This document shows, in pieces, positions 40,901 to 49,536 of a stretch of 64,000 bases of DNA (its first letter is position 1; each line of letters opens with the position of its first letter). Both the position numbers and the translations under genes were made by a program. Source of the DNA: Podarcis pityusensis (Eukaryota); assembly GCA_964106645.2 (NCBI GenBank), contig OZ067043.1. One strand, written 5' to 3'. The notes under the pieces are model-generated. The model had not been told where the DNA came from. It worked only from the letters and a program-made list of their open reading frames with translations, and did no database searches.

Positions 40901-43900
40901 GGACAGTAGTGCTGCCATTTCCCCCTCTTCTCCTGTCCTTCATGACTGGAAATGTGCCCTCCCCGTGTCAGATTCCTGGGTTAGGGCCCCAAGAGGAAGA
41001 TGAAGCGAGCAATCGGCTCTGAGTAGAAAGCAAGAATCACTCGGGAGTGTGTTGTAATGTCTTTCAGTTAACCCCATCATGGCTCTTTATGGAGTCGACC
41101 ATATTCATCAGGGTTGTTTTTTTCCTGTGGCCTAAATAAAACATTTGTCATGTGGACTCTGTATCCTATCTCCCTGGTTCTCCAGCTCAAAGGATTCCTT
41201 TTACAGCTTTGTGAAATTCCCAGCAAGTGTTTGGACTTGCCTTTGCATGGAACTGCCATATTGACTCCATGTTGACCCCAGCTGAGGTGAAAAGCTTGGA
41301 ATACATGTACAGATCCAGTCAGCATGGTTGGTGGGGTATCTGCTTCCTTCTCCAGGTTCTTGTTTGAACTCAGAATTGATGGGGAGCAACTAGTACTTGG
41401 AGTGATGCCCTGTTACTGCCTGACTGGGTCAGGCATAGCCAACATGGAGGAAGAGAATTTTCAGATCCAGGAAAGCTTATGTGATAATAAATTTGCTAAA
41501 TTTCTAATGCCACAAGGCTTTCTGTTTTGTGGAATGGAAGTATGCTTACCAGCAACCACACTGGCCTTTCCCTGCAGAAAATGCCAGAAAGTTGGGTTCT
41601 TCCCAACTAGGCAGGCATGTGGACATGGGTGTTAGGAAAATACTGTGTTGGGACTGTCCATCCGGCACTCTAGTGGATTTCCAATACTTTGTGCCTACTC
41701 CATGTCAATACTGGATTTGTTGTTTGACTCTGGAGTTGTCTCTCAGGACCAAGTAAATCATGATAACATGTATCCAGTTCAAATGTGCTCGTTCTCCACA
41801 TGAAGCTGGTGTCCAGTTAGCTCCTGCTTCTCTCTTCCCTTGCTAGGGTGCAATGAGCTCTCCCCTTCCTATCCTTGGTGCTTGGCAGGGGACTCTGGGC
41901 ACAGGCCTATTCCTTTGCACTTTCTTTCTGTTCTTGGGTTTCCAAGCTCCATGATTTTTGTATGTTTTGTTTCTTTAACTTGCTTCAAGCTGCTCATGTG
42001 CCTGCCCTCCTCAACCCACCCCCTTGCACCCTCCCCTTCCTTCCCTTACTCCTGTTTTCACTTGTAAATTCTTTCTGTATCACATAACTATATGATGTTG
42101 AGTTGCTGTTTGTATGATTTTTCTCTTCAGTTACATCTTTATTATATTTTTAGGGCCCAGGGATCATCCTGATATTGTTGATTCATTTATGCAACTCCTG
42201 GCACAGGTGTGTTTTAGTTTCTTATTCATTCACTTTCTGTTCTCTCTCTTTCTCTTTTTTAATTCAATTTAAACCTATTTTTAGCTTTCTGTTGACAACG
42301 TTTTTTCCTTTTAGTTGAATATCGAGTTTCTCCATCTGTTTCCGTGGAAGTTGAAAACAAAACATTCTCCTTTTTCATAGGTGTGAGTTTGCCCTTTCCA
42401 TTCCCCAAGGGGCAATACCTAGTGATGCAACAAGGCTTGTAGGTTGGGTTTGTTTTCAGGTCATGTGGTGTGGCCTTGCCCAGGAGGGGGCTGCTGAAAA
42501 ATTGGTAAATGTAGTTCAAGAGTTCTGGCAGCAGCATTCCAGTCCTGGTATAGATCTGTGTGCTTTTCTGAAGTGACTCTGACTTCTTTACAAATGCTGG
42601 CAAGTCCATAGTTTCTGTTTATTAGGTAGGAGTGATGTATTCAGTAACTTGGTGGATCTGGGAGGGGCAGCTGATCTAATGGGCAAGGATAGCAGATGAG
42701 CCTTGTCTCCTGTGTTTGACCCCAAAACCCTTCTGCACTCCAGCATTTCTGCCAAGGCTTCCTGTGTCTGGTGTTTTGTTTCCCCCCCCCAGATTGTACA
42801 TCTTCCATAGAGCTCTGTCTCTAATGCTGTAATGACATCATGCACAGGGCAGGGCAAAGCAGTGGTGGTGGAATACAAACAGAGGCTGGTGGGTATCATT
42901 CCCTGGAGTAAGTGAAGGATGAAGCACCCCCAGCAAGTGGATTAGAATGAGCAATCCCTAGACTGAAAATAAGCTGCAGCACTAAGAACTGATGGAGCAG
43001 AATGGGGTGGGATCTTATATATTGATCTCCTGACTGTAATAAGATTCTCTCTCGTTGGCTCTGGTTTATTGTTGCCTAATGGGGTTTCTGTATACTGTGA
43101 TGGGGGAAGTATCTGAGTGCTTAGCTCCCCCTTGTGGCAGTTAATACAGATGCAAATATGGGAGGCAATGTTGCTATTAGGTAAAGGTAAAGGGACCCCT
43201 GACCATCAGCTAATACTCACACTTCTCTTCAGTAACACAGTAACAAACTTCCAGAAAATTCTGAAATTTGACAACAGCAAATCACAAAATTAAAATGCCA
43301 CCCTTTAGAGTTATTATTCTTGTTTTGTCATCATGTTAAGGGGATGTCAGCTATCAATGTACAGTTAAATATCAAATACTGAAATCGGTTATAATTATAT
43401 AGGTGGAGCCCTATGGTGGATCCATGTTCTCAGGAAAGGGTTGGAACAATCTCATCCTAGGAGGGGGTTAGGGAGTAGCTTTAGCCAGATGAAGGAAAAG
43501 GAGTTGGAATGGTAGATGTGAAGAGAGGGACTAGGAGAAGCCCCTGGGGCATCCAGACACAGTTGAAAGCCCCACAGTAGCTCATGCAGTTCGACATGGA
43601 ACAACTTGGGACCCCAGATCTTCTGACTGACTGCATCCAGATGAGACCTAATCACCAGCCAATATTCATCCTGAAGAATTAAAAAATGCAGCACTGTGTC
43701 TGGGACAGTGGGTGTCATAGTTCGGCCCATGCTGGAAATTAAAGCAGTAGTGTTTCAGTGGACTCAAAACAACACTATTAATACTTTTTTATATTGTATG
43801 TCTTGCTCTCTTGCATATATACACACATATATATACACACACATACACACATACACACACACTTTCATCCCTTGGTTGAATAAATATTGTTTGTTTGCCT

Positions 43901-46900
43901 CCATAAAATTTGAGAGAAGCTCAAATTAGAAGTTGCCTGGGTTTGGGCTGATTTAGCTACTAGTGCCCAGTATGTTTTGTTCACCACTTCTTTTGGAGAT
44001 GTGAAAGCTGGTGGTCTGGAGACACTGCACCCTACATCTTGGGGTCACTGGCATTCTTATTGTCTCTTATTCTACTTCATCTGTGAGCCTAAGTCCCATT
44101 GCACTTTTGCTATCTCTCAGCATTCACATTAAAACTTAACACACACCCCAAAAGAGGAGAGAGAGGCAGCTGATATACTGGTTATTCCCCATATTGTCAT
44201 TAGCACTTTCATTCTTTCTTTGAGTAAAAAAATAAAATACTACCTCCTGGTCCGCCAGTCCCACAAAACAGCTTACAATAAGATACAATAAAATTCTGAA
44301 GCAATATTCGAAACACTTGTAACTAAAAGATTAATTACAGTAGTCCAGCATTTGAAACTCTTCATCTTCCAACTGCCTTGCTAAAAATATGTTTGGGCCA
44401 TGCACCAAAATGCATCTTAGCAGACTCTCTAGAGAGACACTTCCAAGGGCAGGCTGCCATCACCCAAAAAGTCATGCTCTTTGTGGCTACCAGCCTACAT
44501 ACACCTGTAGTACTTGGAGCAAGAACTCAACTAAAACAAAAGAGGCAGAGTGGATTTATATGGGAGAATATGACCCTTGAGGTAACATGGTTCCAAACTA
44601 TGCATGGTTCTGGATTCTGTATGAGGCAAAGAGGACTGGGTTGCATTTGAAAGTGCAACTTCTGCAGTCTGCCATTTTCCTATAATTTGCTGACGGTGTC
44701 CCGTTGGCAGAATGTCACCTATACCCTTCTCTCTTGGAGTAAGCCTAAATTGGCAATGCCCTAGAAGACTTATGTTAACATTTGCTGTGTTTAACTTGCC
44801 CAACTGGTGGCCCATGTCCAGGCTCGTTCTGTCCCAACAACCAAGTTAAAAGACACTGGATATAGGAATATTTGAGAAGTCTGAAATCCTAGGGGAATGT
44901 TCTCCCCTCACGCTTAGTGTGGAGACAAATCAGTAGGAAAATTCTTCACAGCATCAGCATCAAGCATGCACTTTCTTTGAAGCCATCTAGTGAGACTAGA
45001 ATACAGGCCTAGCAGAAGGGTCAGTTTGCTAAAATGAGAAGACCATTGAGTATGTCACAACACTGCTTGTCCATTCAAGTGGACTGGTACATTGTGAAAC
45101 ATAAATGTTGTGTCTGTGGGCAGAATTATGCAAGAATATATACCATTTTCCTTTCTTTGTTCAAAAATCAAATCATCTTGATTTGCAAGTATTGCCCCAC
45201 TAATGCCTATATTATCCCTAAATCAAAAGACCAGCAGCCTAGGCTTAAATATACATTTGAGCTTTCCTGAAATTGTGTGTGTGTACTGCCATGTAGAAGA
45301 AAAAAAGAAGTGAAGAGGAAAGGGAGATGCAAAAGAATGATCTTTTGTTGGAACAATTTTAATTGCTTAGAATGTCAAAACACTAGAGTCATTCCTCTAG
45401 CATAGGTGTTTACATGAAAATTTTAAATATGTTCTTAGAGGTCCTAGTTTTAGCGCACCCCCATAAGGTTGCTTTGATACAAAGGTAGTTGTTGAGAGAG
45501 AAAGGGTTAGTGTCAAGTCATGAGCATATTGTGAGCTAGCACTGAGTTTCCTTTAACTGGCTGTCATTATGTGGTATATTGGCTAAATTGTTTATGGAGA
45601 CCTGTATAGGTATTAATATAATTTATTCTGCATGGTTTAATTTGCTTCACTTTGGATATGAGCAAATATTTCAGTAATGGAATACAAAGATGTGTGGGCT
45701 CAGACATTTGATTTAATTGGCCTTTTTATCTGTTTCTATACTGATGGCTCACAATGCACTGTGTACTAAGCAAATCTGTTTCCACTTAGTTGGCTGTAAC
45801 ACATTGTGGGAGGAATTCAACATAGCACTATGGCAATCATTCTGTCAAAGCAAGCGCTTCATCTTGCCATATGGAATGATGCCCCTCTCTTCCTCCTGCA
45901 GGCTGTTTTGGGGGGCCTCCTGGCCCTTCTCCAGCCAATTTGGGTGCAGGGAGAGGGAAGAGGGGAAGCCCCATTGCGCTAGTTCTGCTAGTGGGGCTCA
46001 TTAGTTGAAACTGGCCGTCAATATGTAAAAATGTACTTGGAGGGATGCAAACAAACGAAACATTCTTTACTAGGGTGATGGAATAAAAATCATTTTTAAA
46101 ACTTTAGAGTATTAGCAACATTCCGTAGCAGTTTTAACAGTAGCATTTGCAATACAAGAGCCATTGAAAACTCTGCAGATTAGCACCAGGCAGATATTTA
46201 CCATTGCATGACAGAAAGGGACATAACGTTGGATCATAGGAAGATGCCTTACACCAGGTCAAACCATTGGTCCATCTAGCTCAGTATTGTCTACACTGAC
46301 TGGTAGTGGCTCTGCCAGGTTTCAGGCAGGGGACATCCCTAGCCCTGCCTGCAGATGTCGGAAATTGTACCTGAGAGCTTCAGTGTGCAAGGCAGATGCT
46401 CTGCCACTGAATTACAGCCCTTCCCTTAACTCTCTTTGCTCCTTCCGCCTGGGTGATGAACAAGTGGACAATCAAGGTGTGTAGAGTGGAAACTGAGAAT
46501 GCAAAGCTTTGGAAGCTAGTCATTGCAGCGATTGGTATCCAGTTGCAGGTACAACAAGCAATACTTCTGCAGCCCCGGAAGATCGTGCTTCATTGACAAA
46601 GCACATACTTCACATAGCTATATGGGAGTATAAGTTGTTTAGGGCCCTGTTTGTTAATAGGTCTCACCTTGTTTTGCGAATGCCATGGTGGAGCAGATGT
46701 TTAGGTCATTCAGGAATGGAAGTAACAGTGGGAACTGCTGTCCAAGGTGCTGAAATGGATAGGCTCACAAAATTCTTGCCTGTGCTTGCTGTCTGTGGTG
46801 CTGAAATAAGCTGCCAGGCAGCAATATTTATATTAAGTCACAAGTAAAATCAGCCTTTTTGTAGTTTAACAGGAATATTGAAACTAGATGAGCCCCCTTT

Positions 46901-49536
46901 CCTGACGGTGTAAGAAAGGAATTCCCACATATCTGGATTTCTTCATTTGTAGCAAAGTCGGAATCCTAGTAGGTTGTTTCTAGGTAATGTTTCAATTACA
47001 TGTGTCTTCAGAGGCTCTTAATTACCTGGAGTCCTTGATGCCCTTGACTTCAGAAGTGTCCTACTTATGTTCTTTCCCTTCCTGCCATATCTGACTTACT
47101 GTGCACCATGGCTGATGGCCAGGTAAGTGCACATGGGGGTCTTGGCCAGGGAGCTATTCTGTGGCACTTTTTTGCCCCGGCTTGCCAGAGCTGTGTTTAT
47201 TGTCTGTGTATGTGTGTGTACCTTGCAGGCACTCAAACGGAAACCTGACCTGTTCCTGTGTAGCAGCCTGGATGTCAAAGCAGTATTCCATTGTGGTGAG
47301 TAGGCAGGCCCCGTAAGACTAAGCTATCAAAAAATTGAGCTCCCTTGATGCAGTTGGGAAAGCTGATTTAGCCAAATGAGGCAGTGTTTCTTAAAGGTTC
47401 AGATATATGACAACAGCCTGCATGTTTGATGTAGAAACACCCCTCCAATCAGACCAGCTGAAGCTCCATGTAAAGTCCTTATGCTTGGAGAAGGGAAGGC
47501 TCCTTTCCTTCCCGCTCCTGTGGAAAGCTTTGAATTGTGTTAGCTGAGTCCTGAAGTGTTGCTTTCCCTCTAGGTGTGATCTCCTTGAAGTTCCCTGAAG
47601 CACCAACTGTCAAAGCTGCCTGTGGCTTTTTTGTGAGTGTTTTGCTTTTGCTAGATCTGCCATTGGCCAATGGTACAGGCAGAGTTGCGTTTGGGCCAAG
47701 TGGCTTGGAAGCACTTGTGCTGGGACAGGATGGAGAAGCACCCAGAACTGGTGAGAGGGAGCCTCCTCCAAATTCCAGAAAGGAGCTTCTCCTTTCATAA
47801 GTTGCCATTTGGGCCTTTTTATTTTCTTTTGCAGTTGGGATTTTTTGTATGGAGACATTTTCTCCTAACTGTATATGCCTCCACTCTGTTTGGACATGTA
47901 TTCAGGAATGTGCTTGTCTCCTACATGGAACTGGAGACAGATGGCTATATATCTGAGTTCTAGCAATACAGTTTGCATCAACTCCTTCTCACTGTTTCTT
48001 ACAGACTGAGTTATTGCCACGTTGTGGGGAGATTCCACCGGTGGGACAAGTGGTACATGAGAATGGCAAAATGCTGCTGCAGGCTGTGCTTGAGGTAAGG
48101 AGTGGGGCTTTTCAAGCTAAGTCAGGGACAATTAGAAGGAATAACTGGAAGGAGCCATGCTCACAGATAAGCTGCACTTATTCCAGTATGTTTTATTAAT
48201 TCAGCTCCCTTCTAACCAGAATATCCCTGAATGATTTGCAGCCTGATCTAGTATTTCGTGTCTTACTTGGAAGCGTGTTCCACTAGGTTCAGTGGTGCTT
48301 ACTCCCAAGCAAGTGTGCCACCTTGGCCACTTCCTTTTTAAAAACACTTCCTTGATGCAATCTGCTGGAGCCTTCTTAGGTTTGTAATGTAATGTTCCCT
48401 CCTGCAGTGCAGTCTCCTGGGAGGATTATTGTCTGGTGTTAACTGGATTTGCTCCATCTGCAGGGTGTAGGTGGCCAAGCCGCACGCAACTTGATGGATC
48501 ACTTTGCTGAGATCCTCTTTGCTCTCAACAAGCACTGCTTCAGTTACTTGAGTGTCTGGATCAAGGAAGTGATGCAGCAGGATGGTTTTCCATCAGCCCG
48601 TGTCAGCCCTGAACAAAAGGAAATCTTCAGCCAGCAAATTCTCAGGTGAACTTTCTCTTGAAGACTTTTCTGGAAGACTGAGTTGTGGAAGATGTGTGAG
48701 CGGGTTTCTTGGCTCTTCAGCTTTCTATCTGTGCCCCCAAATTGTCATGAGTGATCATGATAGATACTGAGCATTTCTCCAGGTTCAATAGTCCTCCCCA
48801 GAATCTTCTACAATAAAGAGCTTGCTTATTTTTTTATTTTTTAGTAAATTAATTAAGATGTTCAGAAAGGTTCAAGGTATTTATATAAAGTAGAGGTAAA
48901 TAGAAAAGGGCAGCACAGAAACTAAACATGAACTTGAGTTTTTATCCTTGTAGAGACATGGTACCTATCTTGGTGTTGCTTTGGTTTCTCCTTTAAGCCC
49001 CTGCTACTCCATGTAAACACCCATGAATTCACCAGCATTTAATAATTATTATAACAGGAACATAAGCAGAGCCTGCTGTATCGGGCCATTGGCCTGTTCT
49101 GGCAGGTTCTTCTTGTATTGTTATGGCTGGAAGAGCAGGATTCACTAGATTAATCCAGCCACCGATGAACTGAGATGCACTGGTGAACGATAATTTGCAG
49201 AACAGGAACATGAGTTATTTGAAAGAGGATGTCTTAATGGAGGGCAGCAATGATTATAGTAGCTGTGCGGAGCACGTCTGCAGTACCCAGCTCTCGGTGC
49301 TGGGGATTCCATGGGTTTGGCACTGGGTGGTGCCCTTGTGTATGGGAACATCCGACTCAGCTCTAGCTGGTTTTTTTTAAGTGACTCATTCACCATTATT
49401 CTATATCAGCCTTTTATCATTCTTTTTCTGTGTTAGCAGAGAGCGTGTGAACAAACGGCGTGTGAAGGAGATGGTAAAGGAGTTCACACTGCTGTGCCGA
49501 GGACTGCATGGTACCGAATACACAGCAGACTACTGA
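5009..49536 (+). CDS. IPO13: Importin-13, whole gene span (20 coding exons, 960 aa)
   Basis: All exons have GT-AG boundaries and join in frame: [46 protein letters not shown] ... [32 protein letters not shown]. Confidence 0.97.
6138..6204. repeat. (CT)n / (CCT)n microsatellite
   Basis: Direct reading. Confidence 0.9.
9618..9830 (+). mobile_element. CORE/MIR-like squamate SINE
   Basis: tggttaaagtgttgg..gccatgaagctcactgggtgaccttgg..acctcacagggttg..A-rich tail. Confidence 0.7.
10303..10762 (-). mobile_element. CR1 3'-end fragment with internal deletion
   Basis: Starts with tagaatcatagaat (reverse of the ATTCTATG tail); ORF 10475..10750 [19 protein letters not shown]...[11 protein letters not shown] matches the CR1 ORF2 C-terminus. 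Confidence 0.9.
13628..13878. mobile_element. hAT-type non-autonomous DNA transposon
   Basis: Termini CAGGGGT../..ACCCCTG; 8-bp target duplication atccggag / atctggag. Confidence 0.85.
16517..16756. mobile_element. Tc1/mariner-type MITE
   Basis: TA|CAGTCATACCTC ... GAGGTACCACTG|TA; TA duplication. Confidence 0.85.
17086..17822 (+). CDS. IPO13: IPO13 exon 2
   Basis: cctag|GCACTCCAC (ALHQLYYDP) to QPDAQR, AG|gtaagt; 737 nt; matches ORF 17098..17826. Confidence 0.97.
18149..18236. repeat. Two-copy imperfect tandem repeat, period 46
   Basis: ccaataa(a/g)aacagaattac..ctgaaattaagctaaaac twice. Confidence 0.8.
19010..19245 (+). mobile_element. Highly degraded CR1 ORF2 3' fragment
   Basis: aagaaaattatagggaacatgata..ttcaaatatctaaaagg resembles [15 protein letters not shown]. 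Confidence 0.5.
19249..19640. mobile_element. Old hAT-like non-autonomous element
   Basis: gcagg..ggact start, ..ttccatccctgc end; internal similarity to 3326-3740. Confidence 0.45.
20873..21035 (-). mobile_element. CR1 3'UTR fragment
   Basis: catagaatcata..tagagttagaagg..; clearly similar to 10303-10465. Confidence 0.8.
22975..23320 (+). mobile_element. tRNA-derived SINE interrupted by an L2 3'-end insert (23019-23164)
   Basis: tRNA-like head (ctcagtggcagagca..ggttcaatccc) split by an insert flanked by an AAGAGGG duplication (23012-23018, 23165-23171). Confidence 0.75.
23440..23736 (-). mobile_element. Old L2-like LINE 3' region, left part (split by the CR1)
   Basis: Minus strand reads [15 protein letters not shown], resembling the L2 ORF2 C-terminal AF...P.LWN.LP motif. 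Confidence 0.55.
23735..24667 (+). CDS. CR1 ORF1 remnant (coiled coil plus SGNH/GDSL esterase), uninterrupted frame
   Basis: ORF 23687..24667; motifs [31 protein letters not shown]. Confidence 0.8.
   Translation: MLIALLEDKVQQLEERVATLQRIRELELFLEATEHTVSTKEETGDSPEKEASSPTQEPDIWRNVTQRSRRPRVRSDCLEIHNRFEFLSPSMEDEEQTPFEDLSLITVNQVYEDEQQSQSSGNVQATLERTAHGRTPTKPKRRRVVMIGDSLLRGTEAVICGPDKMSREVCCLPGAKIQDVTERLQGIIKPTDKYPFLLVHVGTNGTASNSLQKIKRDYEALDRKLKQLNAQIVISSVLPVERRGPGREGKIVEVNSWLRKWCKQERFGFLDHGLQFLEDGLLASDGLHLTTVGRNVFAKNLRNLIRRALN
23737..27672 (+). mobile_element. CR1 LINE, ~3.9 kb, 5'-truncated in ORF1, young, sense to IPO13 in intron 2
   Basis: ORF1 coiled coil plus SGNH esterase (GDSL, GTNG, DGLH); ORF2 APE endonuclease (YTNAQS, ITETWW, GDFN, SDH) and RT ([12 protein letters not shown]); (ATTCTATG)n tail; flanking CCAT duplication at 23733-23736 and 27673-27676. 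Confidence 0.96.
24673..27594 (+). pseudogene. CR1 ORF2 (endonuclease plus reverse transcriptase) broken by two frameshifts
   Basis: Three overlapping ORFs (24673-25815, 25745-27010, 26965-27594); frame changes at A-runs near 25753-25759 and 26939-26945. Confidence 0.9.
27673..28290 (-). mobile_element. Old L2-like LINE, right part (continues after the CR1)
   Basis: Degenerate LINE-like sequence (ttgctctggaaa..gccagtgcag..caatacattgcaataatc) continuing the left part. Confidence 0.5.
28335..28460. mobile_element. Degraded relative of the palindromic hAT MITE
   Basis: gactcacaactcccatcagtccc..gggatgatgggagctgtac inverted arms. Confidence 0.55.
28887..28926. repeat. (AAT)n microsatellite
   Basis: Direct reading. 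Confidence 0.9.
29482..29723. mobile_element. Tc1/mariner-type MITE
   Basis: TA|CAGTGGTACCTT ... AAGGTACCACTG|TA; internal tandem TCTGTAACCTGAAGC. Confidence 0.88.
30528..30668 (+). CDS. IPO13: IPO13 exon 3
   Basis: ggcag|GTATGTGAAT ([10 protein letters not shown]...GENHSR)|gtgagg; 141 nt. Confidence 0.95.
30870..31005. mobile_element. Palindromic 136-bp hAT MITE, copy 1
   Basis: Long inverted arms around gaccactggtcctgttagct; TSD tactatac/gactatac. Confidence 0.85.
31143..31278. mobile_element. Palindromic 136-bp hAT MITE, copy 2
   Basis: Same core; perfect 8-bp TSD ctgtagag (31135-31142, 31279-31286). Confidence 0.9.
31404..31545 (+). CDS. IPO13: IPO13 exon 4
   Basis: cacag|[25 protein letters not shown]...FWYTLQ|gtaagt; 142 nt. 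Confidence 0.95.
33509..33675 (+). CDS. IPO13: IPO13 exon 5
   Basis: tgcag|[11 protein letters not shown]...EQFRIYR|gtatga; 167 nt. Confidence 0.95.
33906..34026 (+). CDS. IPO13: IPO13 exon 6
   Basis: ctcag|[16 protein letters not shown]...PSSWQ|gtgagt; 121 nt. Confidence 0.95.
35805..35952 (+). CDS. IPO13: IPO13 exon 7
   Basis: ggcag|[17 protein letters not shown]...VMFTI G|gtaaga; 148 nt. Confidence 0.95.
36639..36820 (+). CDS. IPO13: IPO13 exon 8
   Basis: tctag|[12 protein letters not shown]...IVAVSQ|gtaact; 182 nt. Confidence 0.95.
37800..37826 (+). CDS. IPO13: IPO13 exon 9 (27-nt micro-exon)
   Basis: tatag|DVLMKQIHK|gtaaga. Confidence 0.92.
38395..38529 (+). CDS. IPO13: IPO13 exon 10
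   Basis: cccag|[12 protein letters not shown]...KLADET|gtgagc; 135 nt. Confidence 0.95.
38908..39051 (+). CDS. IPO13: IPO13 exon 11
   Basis: tgcag|[14 protein letters not shown]...QGPNP|gtgggt; 144 nt. Confidence 0.94.
39589..39669 (+). CDS. IPO13: IPO13 exon 12
   Basis: tctag|[27 protein letters not shown]|gtaatg; 81 nt. Confidence 0.94.
40043..40180 (+). CDS. IPO13: IPO13 exon 13
   Basis: cacag|[17 protein letters not shown]...IDLTRQ|gtaagt; 138 nt. Confidence 0.95.
40559..40655 (+). CDS. IPO13: IPO13 exon 14
   Basis: cccag|[14 protein letters not shown]...TLFQQ G|gtacgt; 97 nt. Confidence 0.95.
42154..42206 (+). CDS. IPO13: IPO13 exon 15
   Basis: tttag|[19 protein letters not shown]|gtgtgt; 53 nt. 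Confidence 0.93.
43180..43207 (-). mobile_element. Sauria-SINE 3' terminal fragment
   Basis: ggtaaaggtaaagggacccctgaccat = (ACCTTT)n tail with adjacent body. Confidence 0.55.
43815..43862. repeat. Compound (AT)/(AC)n microsatellite
   Basis: Direct reading. Confidence 0.85.
46235..46425 (-). mobile_element. tRNA-derived SINE, same family as 22975-23320
   Basis: Reverse-complement match (ccatctagctcagtattgtctacactgactgg; gcagatgctctgccactga). Confidence 0.75.
47229..47295 (+). CDS. IPO13: IPO13 exon 16
   Basis: tgcag|[23 protein letters not shown]|gtgagt; 67 nt. Confidence 0.94.
47574..47632 (+). CDS. IPO13: IPO13 exon 17
   Basis: tctag|[21 protein letters not shown]|gtgagt; 59 nt. Confidence 0.94.
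48005..48094 (+). CDS. IPO13: IPO13 exon 18
   Basis: tacag|[30 protein letters not shown]|gtaagg; 90 nt. Confidence 0.95.
48464..48645 (+). CDS. IPO13: IPO13 exon 19
   Basis: tgcag|[26 protein letters not shown]...SQQIL AG|gtgaac; 182 nt. Confidence 0.95.
49440..49536 (+). CDS. IPO13: IPO13 exon 20 (coding part, to stop)
   Basis: tagcag|[35 protein letters not shown]; NAGNAG acceptor (alternative start 49437). Confidence 0.94.

Noticed and set aside
41208-41286. Cryptic exon-like segment in intron 14
   Set aside because: Weak donor (gtgaaa) and an immediate stop; not distinguishable from background.
41847-41904. Possible mutually exclusive partner of exon 15 (acceptor plus ...GGCACAG ending)
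   Set aside because: 58 nt versus 53 nt, no GT donor at the matching position, and no peptide similarity.
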